A program made the translations under genes and the position numbers. From positions 1 to 64,000 of IMG/VR virus record IMGVR_UViG_3300009177_000028: 64,000 bases of DNA; one strand, written 5' to 3'. Of this stretch, positions 10,354-18,251 are shown piece after piece; position 1 is the stretch's first letter, and each line of letters starts with the position of its first letter. The notes under the pieces are model-generated. The model worked only from the letters and a program-made list of their open reading frames with translations, did no database searches and was not told where the DNA came from.

Positions 10354-11262
10354 ATGGTTGTTAATCCACTTTCTACTCCTCCTATTCCAGTTAATAGCAA
10401 TTTGGATAGAGGAATGTTCGTATGGGTCACATCTAGTGCATCTCAAGATCCATTAGATACTGATACCGATCAGACCGCACTTTTAAATTTCTGCGGAACC
10501 AATAAAGTTAACGTACTATTTCTTGACATGTGGGTCTATCTTGGTGGTGCTAATTGGACTGCTACCAAATTAAGCAGACTACGTCAGTTTCTAGATGTCG
10601 CTCATAAGTCTGGCATCAAAGTTTATGCTTTGACCGGAAATATTGATTGGGCAATTAATCACTCTTGGGTTATGAAGAACATTGTTCAGAACCTACAATG
10701 GTTTAACGAGCAAGCAACTAGCCCAACTCAGAAATTCGATGGTGTAATGCTTGATGTCGAATATTGGACCGATACAAACCAAACTTCGGCTGTTAGCTTG
10801 CCAGGTCTTTGTGATTTGATTAAGGCTTTCCAAAACAGACTTGGACTTCCAGTTGGAGTCTTCACTGGTTTTTATCTAAAAGATAATACCAGCACTTGGG
10901 CAACTGTTGATTACAATGGCAAAAATGCTCAGGATGGAGAACACTTGATGGATGTTGCTGATTTCTGTGTAGTTGGTACTTATAGAGATCATGCTAGTGA
11001 TAACGGTACCGATGGTCCTGGCCAAATTTCTTTGTTCCAGCCATGGTATGATTATGCCTCTCAATCCGGCAAGAATTTTGGATTGTTTGCAGGTTCCGAA
11101 ACCACGAATGTCAGCCCCGCTTATATTACATACTTTGGCGCAACCAAGGCTTCCATGGAAACCGAGCACACCTTGATTTCTAATGCATTCCAAACCACTT
11201 CTAACTCCGTATTTATGGGTCAAGCTGTCCATAGCTATGACGGCTGGAAGGCAATGTCTTAA
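10354..11262 (+). CDS. Glycoside hydrolase-like TIM-barrel protein
   Basis: Alternating beta/alpha pattern with AHKSGIKVYALTG and FDGVMLDVEYW, typical of GH-superfamily barrels; ATG at 10354 has a GGGG RBS (track start 10315 is TTG). Confidence 0.55.
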   Translation: MVVNPLSTPPIPVNSNLDRGMFVWVTSSASQDPLDTDTDQTALLNFCGTNKVNVLFLDMWVYLGGANWTATKLSRLRQFLDVAHKSGIKVYALTGNIDWAINHSWVMKNIVQNLQWFNEQATSPTQKFDGVMLDVEYWTDTNQTSAVSLPGLCDLIKAFQNRLGLPVGVFTGFYLKDNTSTWATVDYNGKNAQDGEHLMDVADFCVVGTYRDHASDNGTDGPGQISLFQPWYDYASQSGKNFGLFAGSETTNVSPAYITYFGATKASMETEHTLISNAFQTTSNSVFMGQAVHSYDGWKAMS

Positions 11263-11283
11263 TTTTAAGACTTTAAAATGATG

Positions 11284-11318
11284 AATGCCCGGTTGGAAAC
11301 AGCCGGGCATTTCTATTT
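11284..11318 (+). terminator. Intrinsic terminator
   Basis: AATGCCCGGTTG-GAAA-CAGCCGGGCATT followed by TCTATTT. Confidence 0.85.
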
Positions 11319-11370
11319 CTATCTGCTTAATCTGATATATTCTTTAGAGACCCGTACCGGTGAGGTTTAA

Positions 11371-12234
11371 TTGAGGGCTTTGGTGTTAAGTGGCGGCGGC
11401 AGCAAAGGTGCGTACCAAGTAGGTGCTCTCAAGCATATCTTGGGTGAGGTGGGGACTGTCTATGATGCTTTTTGTGGCGTTTCTGTTGGTGCAATTAATT
11501 GTGCCTCTTTGGCTATGTTCGGTTATGGAGAAGAGAAACAGTCTATCTCTATTCTTGCTGATATGTGGTCTACGTTAAATACGACCAAAATCTACAAGAG
11601 ATGGTTTCCTTTTGGACGATGGCACGCTCTTTGGAACAAAAGCTTTTATGATAGTTCACCTTTACATCAATTACTAAGGGACACTATTCATTTAGATAAG
11701 ATTAGAGCTAGTGGTAAAAAGGTTAGTGTTGGAACCGTTTCACTTAGTTCTGGAAAATATACTATTTTTGACCAAAATTCTGATCATTTTATCGATGCGG
11801 TTATTGCATCCTCATCTTTTCCAGGGATGTTAACCCCTGTAAAGTTCTTGGGGCAGCTTTGGACAGATGGCGGGGTCAAAGAAATCTCTCCTATTAAGAA
11901 AGCGGTCGAGTTAGGTGCCGATATTATTGATGTTATTATCACTTCTCCACATACTCGTGTGAAAAGATTCATCGAAGAGCCCACTACGGTTGAAATTTTA
12001 AAGCGTAGCATCGACTTATCTACTGATAAGATCATGGCAAATGACATTGAGAAGGTTGAAATGCATAATCGTCTGGCTCAGGCAGGGTTAGAGGACCGAA
12101 AATTCGTAAAAATTAACATTTTGCGCCCCGATTACAACCTAATCGAAGACCTGCTTGATTTCAGACCTGAAAAAATTAAAGAAATGATGGAAAAGGGTTA
12201 CGCTGACGCTAAATACAAGTATACAATGGAATAA
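11371..12234 (+). CDS. Patatin-like phospholipase
   Basis: GGGSKG glycine loop, GVSVG nucleophile elbow and DGG catalytic Asp motif all intact; TTG start with GAGGT RBS. Confidence 0.92.
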   Translation: MRALVLSGGGSKGAYQVGALKHILGEVGTVYDAFCGVSVGAINCASLAMFGYGEEKQSISILADMWSTLNTTKIYKRWFPFGRWHALWNKSFYDSSPLHQLLRDTIHLDKIRASGKKVSVGTVSLSSGKYTIFDQNSDHFIDAVIASSSFPGMLTPVKFLGQLWTDGGVKEISPIKKAVELGADIIDVIITSPHTRVKRFIEEPTTVEILKRSIDLSTDKIMANDIEKVEMHNRLAQAGLEDRKFVKINILRPDYNLIEDLLDFRPEKIKEMMEKGYADAKYKYTME

Positions 12235-12259
12235 TTGTACATATTAAGTGGAGAGATAA

Positions 12260-12616
12260 ATGGCTTTTAAACACGTCAGCAAAAAGACCCATGGTCCTAG
12301 CTATGATTATTATCAAACAGCTACTGTCAACTGGGCTCAATTTGGCGCATTAGATGGTTATACGTCTGATGGCTATGGTCCGGATATGATTATCCCATTT
12401 TCTACCTATGGTGTCATGTTTACCAATGAGACAAGCGGCCAAATCATAGAATATTCCTTCAACGGTGTCGATGTACATGGTGTTCTAGATGGAACAGCCA
12501 CCAGCACCACCAGAGTTGTTACTTTCCTCAATCGTGTGGTCTCATTAATTTGGTTTAGAGTGAAATCTGGATCAAGTTCAGCGGCTATCACGGTAACAGC
12601 GTGGGGAATACGTTAA
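12260..12616 (+). CDS. Small beta-sandwich protein, probably virion-associated
   Basis: 118 aa, beta-rich, contains DGYTSDGY. Confidence 0.5.
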   Translation: MAFKHVSKKTHGPSYDYYQTATVNWAQFGALDGYTSDGYGPDMIIPFSTYGVMFTNETSGQIIEYSFNGVDVHGVLDGTATSTTRVVTFLNRVVSLIWFRVKSGSSSAAITVTAWGIR

Positions 12617-12633
12617 CTTGATATAAAGTAAGT

Positions 12634-12963
12634 ATGAGAAAGAGTAAGCTAATCAAGAACAAGTGCGAGATTGAAACGTGCACGGTTACCGACCCTAATT
12701 TGCTTCAATTGCATCATATTATAGAAAGAACGGAAGTTAATACCAATAATAACAAATTTAACCTCGCAATTTTGTGTGCTAACTGTCATGGTTTGACACA
12801 TAGCGGGCGCCTTAAGATTATCGGAGTTTACCCATCTACTCAATTACCAAATGGTAGAACATTAGTTTATGAATTAGATGGTAAAAAGAACATTGAAGGA
12901 ATAGATACTCCTTATGTTGAATTTAAGAACAAGTCATTTAAATTGTATGGAGATGATAAATGA
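12634..12963 (+). CDS. HNH endonuclease
   Basis: CxxxxC...LHHII...N...NLAILCANCHGLTH zinc/HNH pattern. Confidence 0.85.
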   Translation: MRKSKLIKNKCEIETCTVTDPNLLQLHHIIERTEVNTNNNKFNLAILCANCHGLTHSGRLKIIGVYPSTQLPNGRTLVYELDGKKNIEGIDTPYVEFKNKSFKLYGDDK

Positions 12964-13283
12964 AGAAAGACATTGATAAGACATTTTTGAGAGACATCTC
13001 TGGTGATTTCACCGCAATTGATGCTACTGATCCAAATAACGTCAGCAAGAAAGTTCTTCCTGAGCAGGAAACACGCAAAAGACTGTTGACGCATGCACGC
13101 ATGCTTGGATTTGAGAAAGACATGCTACTACTTTTCGCCAAGATTGATAAATTGATGCGTAACTGCACCAATGACAAGGAACGAAGCGACATCGCCAAGT
13201 TAGGAGCTGTCGAAGTCTACAAGCTTCTCGGTGGTGGCGGCGAATTGTATGTAGACGGACAAATGGTTTGTAAAGACAAGTAA
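12960..13283 (+). CDS. Hypothetical protein
   Basis: 107 aa; ATGA overlap with the HNH stop. Confidence 0.7.
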   Translation: MKKDIDKTFLRDISGDFTAIDATDPNNVSKKVLPEQETRKRLLTHARMLGFEKDMLLLFAKIDKLMRNCTNDKERSDIAKLGAVEVYKLLGGGGELYVDGQMVCKDK

Positions 13284-13291
13284 GGAATATT

Positions 13292-13525
13292 ATGACTGAT
13301 AGTAAATTTGTGGGTGTAGTTTTGTGGTTCGATCCTAAGCGTGGTTTTGGCTTTATTGGATGGGAAAAAGATGGTGTCAAACAAAAAGATTTGTTTGTTC
13401 ACTTCTCTGATATCTCTTGCGAAGGTTTTAAGACATTGCTCAAAGATCAGAAGGTCTCTTTTTCAATAGGAAATAACTTCAATAATCAGCCTAAAGCGAC
13501 TGAAGTAGAAGTGCTTAAGCATTAA
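13292..13525 (+). CDS. Cold-shock domain protein (CspA family)
   Basis: GVVLWFDPKRGFGFI (RNP1), DLFVHFSDI (RNP2), GFKTL and QKVSF. Confidence 0.95.
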   Translation: MTDSKFVGVVLWFDPKRGFGFIGWEKDGVKQKDLFVHFSDISCEGFKTLLKDQKVSFSIGNNFNNQPKATEVEVLKH

Positions 13526-13816
13526 TTATTTCTTAAGAAAAATTTGTACAATTTGGATCACAAGAGAAAGTAATCCAGTAATAAATAGCACTTGAATCTT
13601 AAATAGATCTTTATTGGTCTCTTCAGTTTGATCGACTATTTTATCTATTTTCTTATCTTGTTCAGCTTGTGTCTTTTTAATGTCCGAAAGGGCCTCAATG
13701 ATTTCTTCATTTTGCTCAGCCACTTCGGTTTCAATTTCAATAGATTTCTTATTGACTTCTAGAATTAATTCCAGGTCCTGTTTTTTGACATGTTCGCTGT
13801 AGGTTTTCTCCGGCAT
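13526..13816 (-). CDS. Coiled-coil protein with a C-terminal transmembrane helix (XhlA or holin-like)
   Basis: Acidic coiled coil followed by IQVLFITGLLSLVIQIVQIFLKK; ATG at 13816 has a GAGGG RBS. Confidence 0.55.
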   Translation of the reverse strand: MPEKTYSEHVKKQDLELILEVNKKSIEIETEVAEQNEEIIEALSDIKKTQAEQDKKIDKIVDQTEETNKDLFKIQVLFITGLLSLVIQIVQIFLKK

Positions 13817-13840
13817 AGGACCCTCAAATAACAAAATTGG

Positions 13841-14020
13841 TTATTTCTTTATTTGTTTACGTTCTTTTCTTACCTTGATCTTGGACATGACTTTGTCCAC
13901 TTTCTCATTCAATTTTTTGTAATCTTCCACAGTAGTTTCTTGGAGATCCTCTAACGGTAGAGGCTCGGTAATAACAATAGCTTCACTGGCAACAGCGACT
14001 GAGGATCTTCTACGTGGCAT
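13841..14020 (-). CDS. Small hypothetical protein (59 aa), below the ORF-track cutoff
   Basis: MPRRRSSVAVASEAIVITEPLPLEDLQETTVEDYKKLNEKVDKVMSKIKVRKERKQIKK; fills the gap between two minus-strand genes; AAGGTG upstream. Confidence 0.7.
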   Translation of the reverse strand: MPRRRSSVAVASEAIVITEPLPLEDLQETTVEDYKKLNEKVDKVMSKIKVRKERKQIKK

Positions 14021-14021
14021 A

Positions 14022-14414
14022 TTACACCTTTTTATTTATGGGTTTGTTATCTAGCTCAACTATGTCAGCATTTTGTTTGGCGAACTCTTCATCAGAAACG
14101 TTAAGTTCGTCATATTGTTCTTCTTTAATGCTTAGCAGAGACCTCTCTCTAGATGGAATGAAGGTCTCCTGAGCTAGTGGAACATTGGCTTTTATAATCT
14201 CTGGTGCTACCTTGCGCACTACCAGTTTGTTTCGTTTTTTGAAAACGGAGCCGGAATCACATGATTTCCGAAGCTGGTCTCTTGTATATTGATAATGCTT
14301 TTTATCCAATAAATTCACTGATGAATAGGCTTTAATTGTTAAGTTTAGGTCAGCTAAACTAACATTCATCGGGGAAATATTGGTTATCCAGAAAGCATCA
14401 ACTTCTTTTTTCAT
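14022..14414 (-). CDS. Hypothetical protein
   Basis: 130 aa; N-terminus weakly resembles the N-terminus of 3107..3799. Confidence 0.7.
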   Translation of the reverse strand: MKKEVDAFWITNISPMNVSLADLNLTIKAYSSVNLLDKKHYQYTRDQLRKSCDSGSVFKKRNKLVVRKVAPEIIKANVPLAQETFIPSRERSLLSIKEEQYDELNVSDEEFAKQNADIVELDNKPINKKV

Positions 14415-14496
14415 TTCAGTATAATGTTGATTTATTCCTAAAAATAGCGCTACTACTATTTAAGTATTGTATTGCTGGCGTATTTTAGGAGAATTT

Positions 14497-14958
14497 ATGA
14501 GCAAAAGCAATACTTGGGAGAGCGATCTATTAAAATTAGTTTTTCAGAATGTAACTGCTGCTGGTATTGGCGATGGGACTGGGCTTGTAGGTTCTGGAAC
14601 TGCTGGAGTTCTTTATTTAAGTCTACATACTGCCGATCCAACTGAAGGCGGCAATCAACAAAGTTCAGAGGCAACTTATACAAATTACACAAGAATTTCA
14701 GTTGTCAGGGGCGTTGGTACTTGGACTGTAACTCAGGTTGATATCGGACCATCTACGGTTACAAATGCTGCACAAGTTACTTTTCCTCAGGCTGCAACAG
14801 CCTCGCCAACCAATATTATTACTCATGTTGGTGTAGGTACCGCTTTCACTGGTACTGGTAAATTATTATATTCTGGAGCTTTGGCCTCTTCTTTGACAGT
14901 ATCTCAAAATATTACTCCAAGCTTTGCGGCAGGAACTCTAGTCATTACCGAAGATTAA
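14497..14958 (+). CDS. Conserved phage tail or fibre-associated structural protein
   Basis: LYLSLHTADP...EATYTNYTRISV...TNAAQVTFP...ITHVGV...LLYSGAL...TPSFAAGTLVITED is a pattern common in small phage tail proteins; ATG at 14497 has an AGGAG RBS. Confidence 0.7.
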   Translation: MSKSNTWESDLLKLVFQNVTAAGIGDGTGLVGSGTAGVLYLSLHTADPTEGGNQQSSEATYTNYTRISVVRGVGTWTVTQVDIGPSTVTNAAQVTFPQAATASPTNIITHVGVGTAFTGTGKLLYSGALASSLTVSQNITPSFAAGTLVITED

Positions 14959-14969
14959 GGGGCGGCTAG

Positions 14970-17900
14970 ATGGTAGAGCAGTTTGCGAATAATGCATCGT
15001 CCAGTTTAAATGGTGCGATTAATAACTCTACAACTTCTATTGTTGTGGCTAACGGCTCTTCATTTCCCTCAGTTGGAAATTTTAGATTACTCATTGGAAG
15101 TAGCCCCCTTACCGCAGAAATTACTTTAGTTACTGCTCGTTCTGGAAATACGCTTACTGTTATTCGTGGTCAAGAAAGCACTACTGCCCAATCTTGGCCA
15201 GATGGTACCACTGTTACCCATATTCTTACTAAAGGCGCAGTAGAAACTCTTCGAGACACTCTTAAGGGAAAAACTCTTAATTCTTCATTAGAAACAATTG
15301 GGTCACCACAAGATGGTTACGCTCTTACTTGGCTGAATACAGATGGATATTGGGCCGCTCGTCCTGGTAGCCCATTTACTATTTCTGGTAATGAACTAAA
15401 TACAACCAGAACTTTATCAATTGATGGTTATGGAACTTACGCATCGGCTCATTATAATCAACAATTATATGTTAACGGAGGCGTTCTTTCAAGTTCTTCT
15501 TTTTCGGTTGGAGAAATACCATTAACAACACTTACGTATGATTACGTATCAGATGGTTATCAGTCTTTCATTGTTCCAACTGGAGTCACTCAACTTCAAG
15601 TGAAAATGTGGGGACCTGGTGGTGGAACCGGCAATTTTAACGGTGGTGCTGGCGGAGCCTCTGGAGGCTATTCAACGGGGTTTCTAACGGTTACTCCTGG
15701 AGAAACGCTTGTCTTGGCCGTTGGTAGTGGTGGAAAGAAATCCGTTTCATCCACTGGTAATGCTGGTGTAGGTGGTTGGCCTAATGGTGGTAACGGTGGT
15801 AGAGGTGACGCTTCAGCAGGCGGTGGTGGTGGCCTTTCTGGTGTTTTTACTACTTCATACTCACAAGCTAATGCTCTTATGATTGCTGGTGGTGGTGGTG
15901 GATCTAGCGGATGGTCCAGTGCAGGAACGGCAGGCGCTGGAGGTGGAAATACTGGTAATGATGGTTCGGATACTACTTCCGGAAAAGGTGGAACCCAAAC
16001 ATTTGGTGGATTCGGTGGAGGCCCAGCAGTCTATACCATTACACAAACTACTGGTGGAACTTATGAAGTCGGAACAACTGATATCGGCAACCACACCGAT
16101 GATAGTCCGATAACCACAATTTCACTTCCATTTACGTTTGTATTTTATGGAGTATCTTATTCAACCATTGGTTTATCTTCTAATGGCTTTGCTACATTTA
16201 GTACCGATACCACATATGCTTGGGACATTCCTGCTGCCCGCCCGCCCACTATTGCATTATGGAATAGAGATAATACAACTAGTGGCGGTGATAGAGGATG
16301 GTATACTAAGACAGTTGGCTCTGCTCCTAACAGAATTTTTGTTATGGAATATAGGGGCTATCAACTATCTACAACAAATACCATTAACGCAGAGCTAAAA
16401 ATATATGAAGGCTCTACTACTTTTGAGGTTTTATATTCTACATCTACTGCTACAGATAATACTGGAACTATAGGTATTCAGGATAATCTTGGAGCACATT
16501 ACACTGTATTTAATAATAACACCACTCCCCCTGCCGCTGGAACTAGATTAGTTTATACTGCGGACGCAAACATTACCGGAAAACCATTAGCTGGAGGTAA
16601 TGCTCATACTGATGTTACTACTTCACAAACAAATGATGCTGGTGGTGGTGGTTCTGGTTATTTTGGAGGTGGTGCGGGTCAAGGTGATGGAAGAATGGGT
16701 GGTGGTGGCTCTGGCTATCTTCATCCAACAAGAGTTACTAACGGATCAACTACTACTGGAACTAATGGTGTAACCGGCGTAATTGGAGCTGCCCCACCCA
16801 GCTCAACTGATACCGCCTATACTTCTGGAATAGGTGTGGGTGGAGCTGCAACTGGAACGGGTAGTGATGGTGGTGCTGGTCGTATTGTTATTAGCTATGG
16901 TAATAGCTCCAATCTAGCTACCAACTCACTAGTTTTAGGAAATAACTCATCTATTACTGCTCCAATTGGGTATTCGGATATGTATCTTAATACCTTTAAC
17001 GGTGGAAGCTTAATATTAAATCCAGCTTCCGGATTAATTACGTTACAAGGAACTTCTGCCCTTAATTCGACCACAGATTTAACTTTATCCTATGCTAATA
17101 GTTTAAAAGTAAGTTCTAGCTCTGCTAATAAATTTAGAGTTTGGTCTACCGGAGCTGTCAATATTGGTGAGGCAACTAATAATGATACTTCAACAGAAGC
17201 TCAGTCAGGATTAACTGGACCACTGATTAATATTTCTTCTGGTACTGGAACAATTTCAAGTGTTGCTAATCAGGCTACTATATTTAATCAGTCAGGCGCT
17301 TTAAATTTACAGGGAAATACTAGTGTTGCTTTTAGAACTGGTGCATCACTTAGAGGATATTTCGATAGTAACGGAACCTTTAGAATAGTACCAGGTACGG
17401 ATACTACCGTTTCTGTAACTGGTGCTACTGTCCCGGCCGCATCTTCTGATTTCTTTTATCAGTATAATTCTGCTGGAAGTTCTTGGATGTATACCATTGC
17501 AGGAACGACTGGCACCAGAAGTGCAATGCAAGTATACAACGCCGGTTCAGCTACCACTACTGGCGTTGGTATTCAGGCTGGTGGAATTGCTCATGCCACC
17601 GCTGAGTATGCGGGCAACGGCATTATTGAACAATATGGCGCATCTACTTCTGGTTTAATTTTTACAAAAATGGTTGGTAACGGTACTGGATTTGCTTCTA
17701 CTGGAGCCATTTGGCAATCAGGGGCCTGGACTATCGGTCGTTCAACTCAGAATGATACCTCTACAGAAGCTCAGGCAGGTTTAACTGGCCCACTTCTTAA
17801 CTTAACCCAAATTACTAGTGGTACTCTAACTTCTACAACCAATCAATCATTAGTATATAATAATGCGGGAACAATCACTTTACAAGGACATGTTGGACAT

Positions 17901-18251
17901 ACGTTAATTGCTAATACAACTACCGTTGCCTCAACCTCAACTAGTAAGTTCATTACCAACGTAGGTAGAAGAGTTACAACTAATGTTAAAACTGCTAATT
18001 ATACAATCACTACTTCAGATGAAATAATTCTTGTTGGCGCACTATCTGGCAGTATTACCATTACTCTTCCATCAGGGCCCACGGCAGGTGATATTTACGC
18101 AATCAAAGATCAAGGAGGAACCGCAGCCACTTTTAATATTGTTGTGTCAGGAAACGGTAATAATATTGATGGTTCGTCTTCTTATTCAATTAATACTAAT
18201 TATCAAAGTATAACCTTGGTATTTGGTAATGGTTCCTGGAGTATAATTTAA
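14970..18251 (+). CDS. Tail fibre or adhesin with a glycine-rich domain and inserted NIDO-like domain
   Basis: N-terminal anchor (LNGAINNSTTSIVV...LTVIRGQESTTA), glycine-rich domain (VPTGVTQLQVKMWGPGGG...), LPFTFVFYG...SSNGFATF insert, duplicated NDTSTEAQxGLTGPL repeat, C-terminal fibre module; 4 DGY. Confidence 0.7.
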   Translation: MVEQFANNASSSLNGAINNSTTSIVVANGSSFPSVGNFRLLIGSSPLTAEITLVTARSGNTLTVIRGQESTTAQSWPDGTTVTHILTKGAVETLRDTLKGKTLNSSLETIGSPQDGYALTWLNTDGYWAARPGSPFTISGNELNTTRTLSIDGYGTYASAHYNQQLYVNGGVLSSSSFSVGEIPLTTLTYDYVSDGYQSFIVPTGVTQLQVKMWGPGGGTGNFNGGAGGASGGYSTGFLTVTPGETLVLAVGSGGKKSVSSTGNAGVGGWPNGGNGGRGDASAGGGGGLSGVFTTSYSQANALMIAGGGGGSSGWSSAGTAGAGGGNTGNDGSDTTSGKGGTQTFGGFGGGPAVYTITQTTGGTYEVGTTDIGNHTDDSPITTISLPFTFVFYGVSYSTIGLSSNGFATFSTDTTYAWDIPAARPPTIALWNRDNTTSGGDRGWYTKTVGSAPNRIFVMEYRGYQLSTTNTINAELKIYEGSTTFEVLYSTSTATDNTGTIGIQDNLGAHYTVFNNNTTPPAAGTRLVYTADANITGKPLAGGNAHTDVTTSQTNDAGGGGSGYFGGGAGQGDGRMGGGGSGYLHPTRVTNGSTTTGTNGVTGVIGAAPPSSTDTAYTSGIGVGGAATGTGSDGGAGRIVISYGNSSNLATNSLVLGNNSSITAPIGYSDMYLNTFNGGSLILNPASGLITLQGTSALNSTTDLTLSYANSLKVSSSSANKFRVWSTGAVNIGEATNNDTSTEAQSGLTGPLINISSGTGTISSVANQATIFNQSGALNLQGNTSVAFRTGASLRGYFDSNGTFRIVPGTDTTVSVTGATVPAASSDFFYQYNSAGSSWMYTIAGTTGTRSAMQVYNAGSATTTGVGIQAGGIAHATAEYAGNGIIEQYGASTSGLIFTKMVGNGTGFASTGAIWQSGAWTIGRSTQNDTSTEAQAGLTGPLLNLTQITSGTLTSTTNQSLVYNNAGTITLQGHVGHTLIANTTTVASTSTSKFITNVGRRVTTNVKTANYTITTSDEIILVGALSGSITITLPSGPTAGDIYAIKDQGGTAATFNIVVSGNGNNIDGSSSYSINTNYQSITLVFGNGSWSII

